Source: Podarcis tiliguerta
Taxonomy: Eukaryota
Length of the DNA stretch: 64,000 bases
Assembly (NCBI GenBank): GCA_965153285.1
Contig: OZ229113.1
Direction: 5' to 3' (one strand)
In this document: piece by piece, positions 61,231 through 64,000 of the stretch
Position numbering within the stretch: position 1 is the first letter of the stretch
How the letters are laid out: every line of letters begins with the position of its first letter
Notes under the pieces: model-generated
The model's database searches: none
What the model was told of the DNA's origin: nothing
Seen by the model: the letters and a program-made list of their open reading frames with translations, nothing else
Made by a program: the position numbers and the translations under genes

Positions 61231-61594
61231 TGCCATTGGCAAAGAAGTGGCACTAGTATCGGTGCTGATTTCAGGTGAGATCTCTCATGTTCTGCAAGAT
61301 CTTGCATGATTTCAGGTGAGATCTCAACAGAAATTGGTGCCAATGCTGGTGACACTTCTCTGCTGGCAGTAGGGCAGGCGGGGAACCTGCAGGGGATTCC
61401 AGCGCCAGAGGCAGCTGCCACATCCTGCCTTAAGGCTGCATTAGCCCTGGTACCCTGAGCCCAAAGAATTTGAGGTTTTATCTTCTGTTACCATCTGCCT
61501 GGCTTTAGATGGAAGTGGGTCAAGAGCTTGATCTTAAATGTCTGGGTAGCTTCATGCAAGAGAAGGTGACCCTTTTAGGTGTATTTGTGAAGTA

Positions 61595-61836
61595 CAGTGG
61601 TACCTCAGGTTAAGTACTTAATTCTTTCCGGAGGTCCGTTCTTAACCTGAAACTGTTCTTAACCTGAAGCACTACTTTAGCTAATGGGGCCTCCCTCTGC
61701 CGCTGCGCCGTCGGAGCACGATTTTTGTTCTCATCCTGAAGCAAAGTTCTTAACCCAAGGTACTATTTCTGGGTTAGTGGAGTCTGTAACCTGAAGCGTA
61801 TGTAACCTGAAGCATATGTAACCCGAGGTACCACTG
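61595..61836. mobile_element. MITE family C (inverted relative to 32359)
   Basis: TIRs and TA TSD. Confidence 0.9.
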
Positions 61837-64000
61837 TATGCAATACTAACATTGCGGGCTTCATTGTGTATCACTACGTAACAGTTTGGAAGGGCTCTAT
61901 CTTCCCTGTGGCTTCTTTCAATACCACTTTGCTTGAAAGCCCAGAATCACATGGGAAGGACTAACTGCACAAGTCATTGTTGCCAGTTGAGGGTGGGGGT
62001 GATCACGAGGGATTTGGTCAACCTACACGAGCAAAGGGTCTTTGTTGTCATCCTCACCCTTCCATGCCCCCCGCCCAGCTTGCCAAATGCTGGAAATCCA
62101 AAGCCAGCAGTGTGAAACTAAACGAGATACTTTTCATAGACCGATTCCTCCCTGTTCTTCGCAGGAACTGGCTTGGCCAGTTTGAATGCTGACACGTTGT
62201 CACTAAAATAGCCATTTTTGTAAAAATACCATGTTAAGTATGTAAGGGCTGTAAATGCTGCATGTCAACAATAACTTGCGCTGGAAGCCTGCTGTTACAG
62301 AATTGGTTGATTTATTCAACCCAGTATATGAGAATCTGCTTCCTCTCTCTCAATAGTCTGTGTTCTGCCCTTTTCTGCGAAACCTGTTTTTATTTGCTTG
62401 CCTGTTTGGCACTCTTATCACAGCAGGAGGAGTTCTGGGCTGGTGATATCAAGTATCCTGCAGGGCTTCCCCAGTGTTGTCACTGCTCCAACACACCACC
62501 CCTGTCTTGCCAAGCGGCAGCACCACTAGTGCAGGGAGCTGGCCTTCTGAACCATCTCATAATCTCTCTGAAATGTTTGCTGAGGAGGAGGTAAATCTGA
62601 GCACATTAGCCACCATTTTTATTGGTTCTGCTCCCCTGCCAGTGGCCAGATGCACTGAAATTTAGAAGGCGAAGCTTTCCCTGTCACTTACTGTCATGCC
62701 AAGAATATTTTCATTTGCTAACTTACTACAGGTTGTCAGGCTGCAGTTAAGGACAGTGTTGATCTAGTAAAATTGGTCCCATTCAGCTTGCTGGAATGTT
62801 GTAAATGTTGACTGGTCCTAATAAAGGCAATGCTTTACTGTCCCTGGAGTTTGTTTTTCTAATTAAAATGTTATATTGAATTATGAATATATACACAATA
62901 TATTTCATTCAAATTCTTTGTCCTACTTGTTCTCAAATCATCCCTGAAATGTAGGTCAGATAGCTACAAGAGAATTTACAGACAGCGAAGAACAAACAGT
63001 TCTTAACATTTCTAAGGGATTTACTGTGAACAAGTGTTCTTCCCGCTGGACTTTTCATTTGGTGTCTCATCCTGATAGACTTTCTCTGCTGCAGCTTTGC
63101 CCAACCTGGTGTCTTCCAGAAGTTTTAGACTAGAATTGGGAGTAGTCACAGTAGTTTCTCTTGCAGCGTTAAAAAATGAAGCCTCACCCACAAATAGAGA
63201 GGAATTTGACAGGTACTCACCCCATGAGCAGGGACCCTGTAATATTTCTATGTACCTTCTCTATATGTATGATTGTATTTTGATTTTGAAACAATACAAC
63301 CTCTACAAAATTCCCCCCCAAAGTTAATTGCACCATGTAGTCTTTGCATTGCCTGATCGTAAAGCTGGTCTGGAATCTTATACTTGTTATTGAATGGGAA
63401 ATTATATTCTGAAGAGGATGGGTTGCTGCCATTTAAATCAGTTGCCTTTAATGAAGAGACAGACCTTGGCTCATTTGTCACCTCAGTCTTGAGTTGCTCT
63501 CCATCAGGAAAAATTACAGTTCAATTACTAGTTTCTGCCTTTCTTTTTTAGTGGAGCTTCCACTTCTCCAATAAATTTGTACAGACTTGCAGCTGCACTT
63601 TTGTCAGCTGATGCCAGAAGCAAGCAGTTTAATTTATAGCTTGAACCCTCCTTTACATGCTGCTTAGAAACTTGCACATATTAACAGGTGCTTTTGTGAT
63701 GGCAAGGTGGAAAACCTCTGCACTGCAGCAGTCTGTTTTGTTAGCAAAACTGCTCTATAGACTTTATAAAAAAAACACTTTTATTATCCAGAGCAGCATC
63801 TCCCCCACATGCTTGAGCCTGCATGAGATGTATGGATAATGTTGATATGTAGATGTCCCAGTTTTCACATGGCTTACTAATTGGAGCTTACTTTTGAATT
63901 TCAGCATTCAGACTGGCAAGCTAGTAGGAGGGTTTATAGTTCTGCAGTGTGTATGACATGACAACGGACACATAGGACTGAGTGAAATTGAGGAGTACTT

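Noticed and set aside
54316-64000. NME7 truncation or pseudogenisation (no EIARHLRP...NAVHCTD exon seen)
   Set aside because: Exons 1-10 are intact and exon 10 has a good donor; the remaining exons most likely lie past the window end.

Overview
Vertebrate genomic DNA, almost certainly from a squamate and probably a lacertid lizard (inferred from Sauria SINE, Squam3-like SINE, BovB and lizard-type MITEs). It contains the CCDC181-BLZF1-NME7 block known from mammals. CCDC181 (+) has 5 coding exons over 1130-8602 (about 519 aa). BLZF1/golgin-45 (-) has 6 coding exons over 16093-10522 (395 aa) plus a non-coding exon 1 ending at 18551. NME7 (+) exons 1-10 span 19511-54315 (330 aa); the last exons were not found and probably lie beyond the window. 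BLZF1 and NME7 share a head-to-head CpG-rich promoter, and CCDC181 and BLZF1 converge tail-to-tail. I rebuilt all exons by hand with GT-AG boundaries and consistent phases. Introns are rich in TEs: Tc1/mariner-type MITEs (TA TSD), hAT MITEs (8-bp TSD), several SINE families, and L2, CR1 and BovB fragments. There is one 128-N gap. I found no convincing novel biological system. The best second-look items are a candidate poison exon in CCDC181, inverted TE pairs around in-frame NME7 exon blocks (circRNA prediction), the BovB/Sauria-SINE shared tail, an OC1-like hAT, and candidate enhancer clusters. Protein and TE family names come from recall, not database searches.
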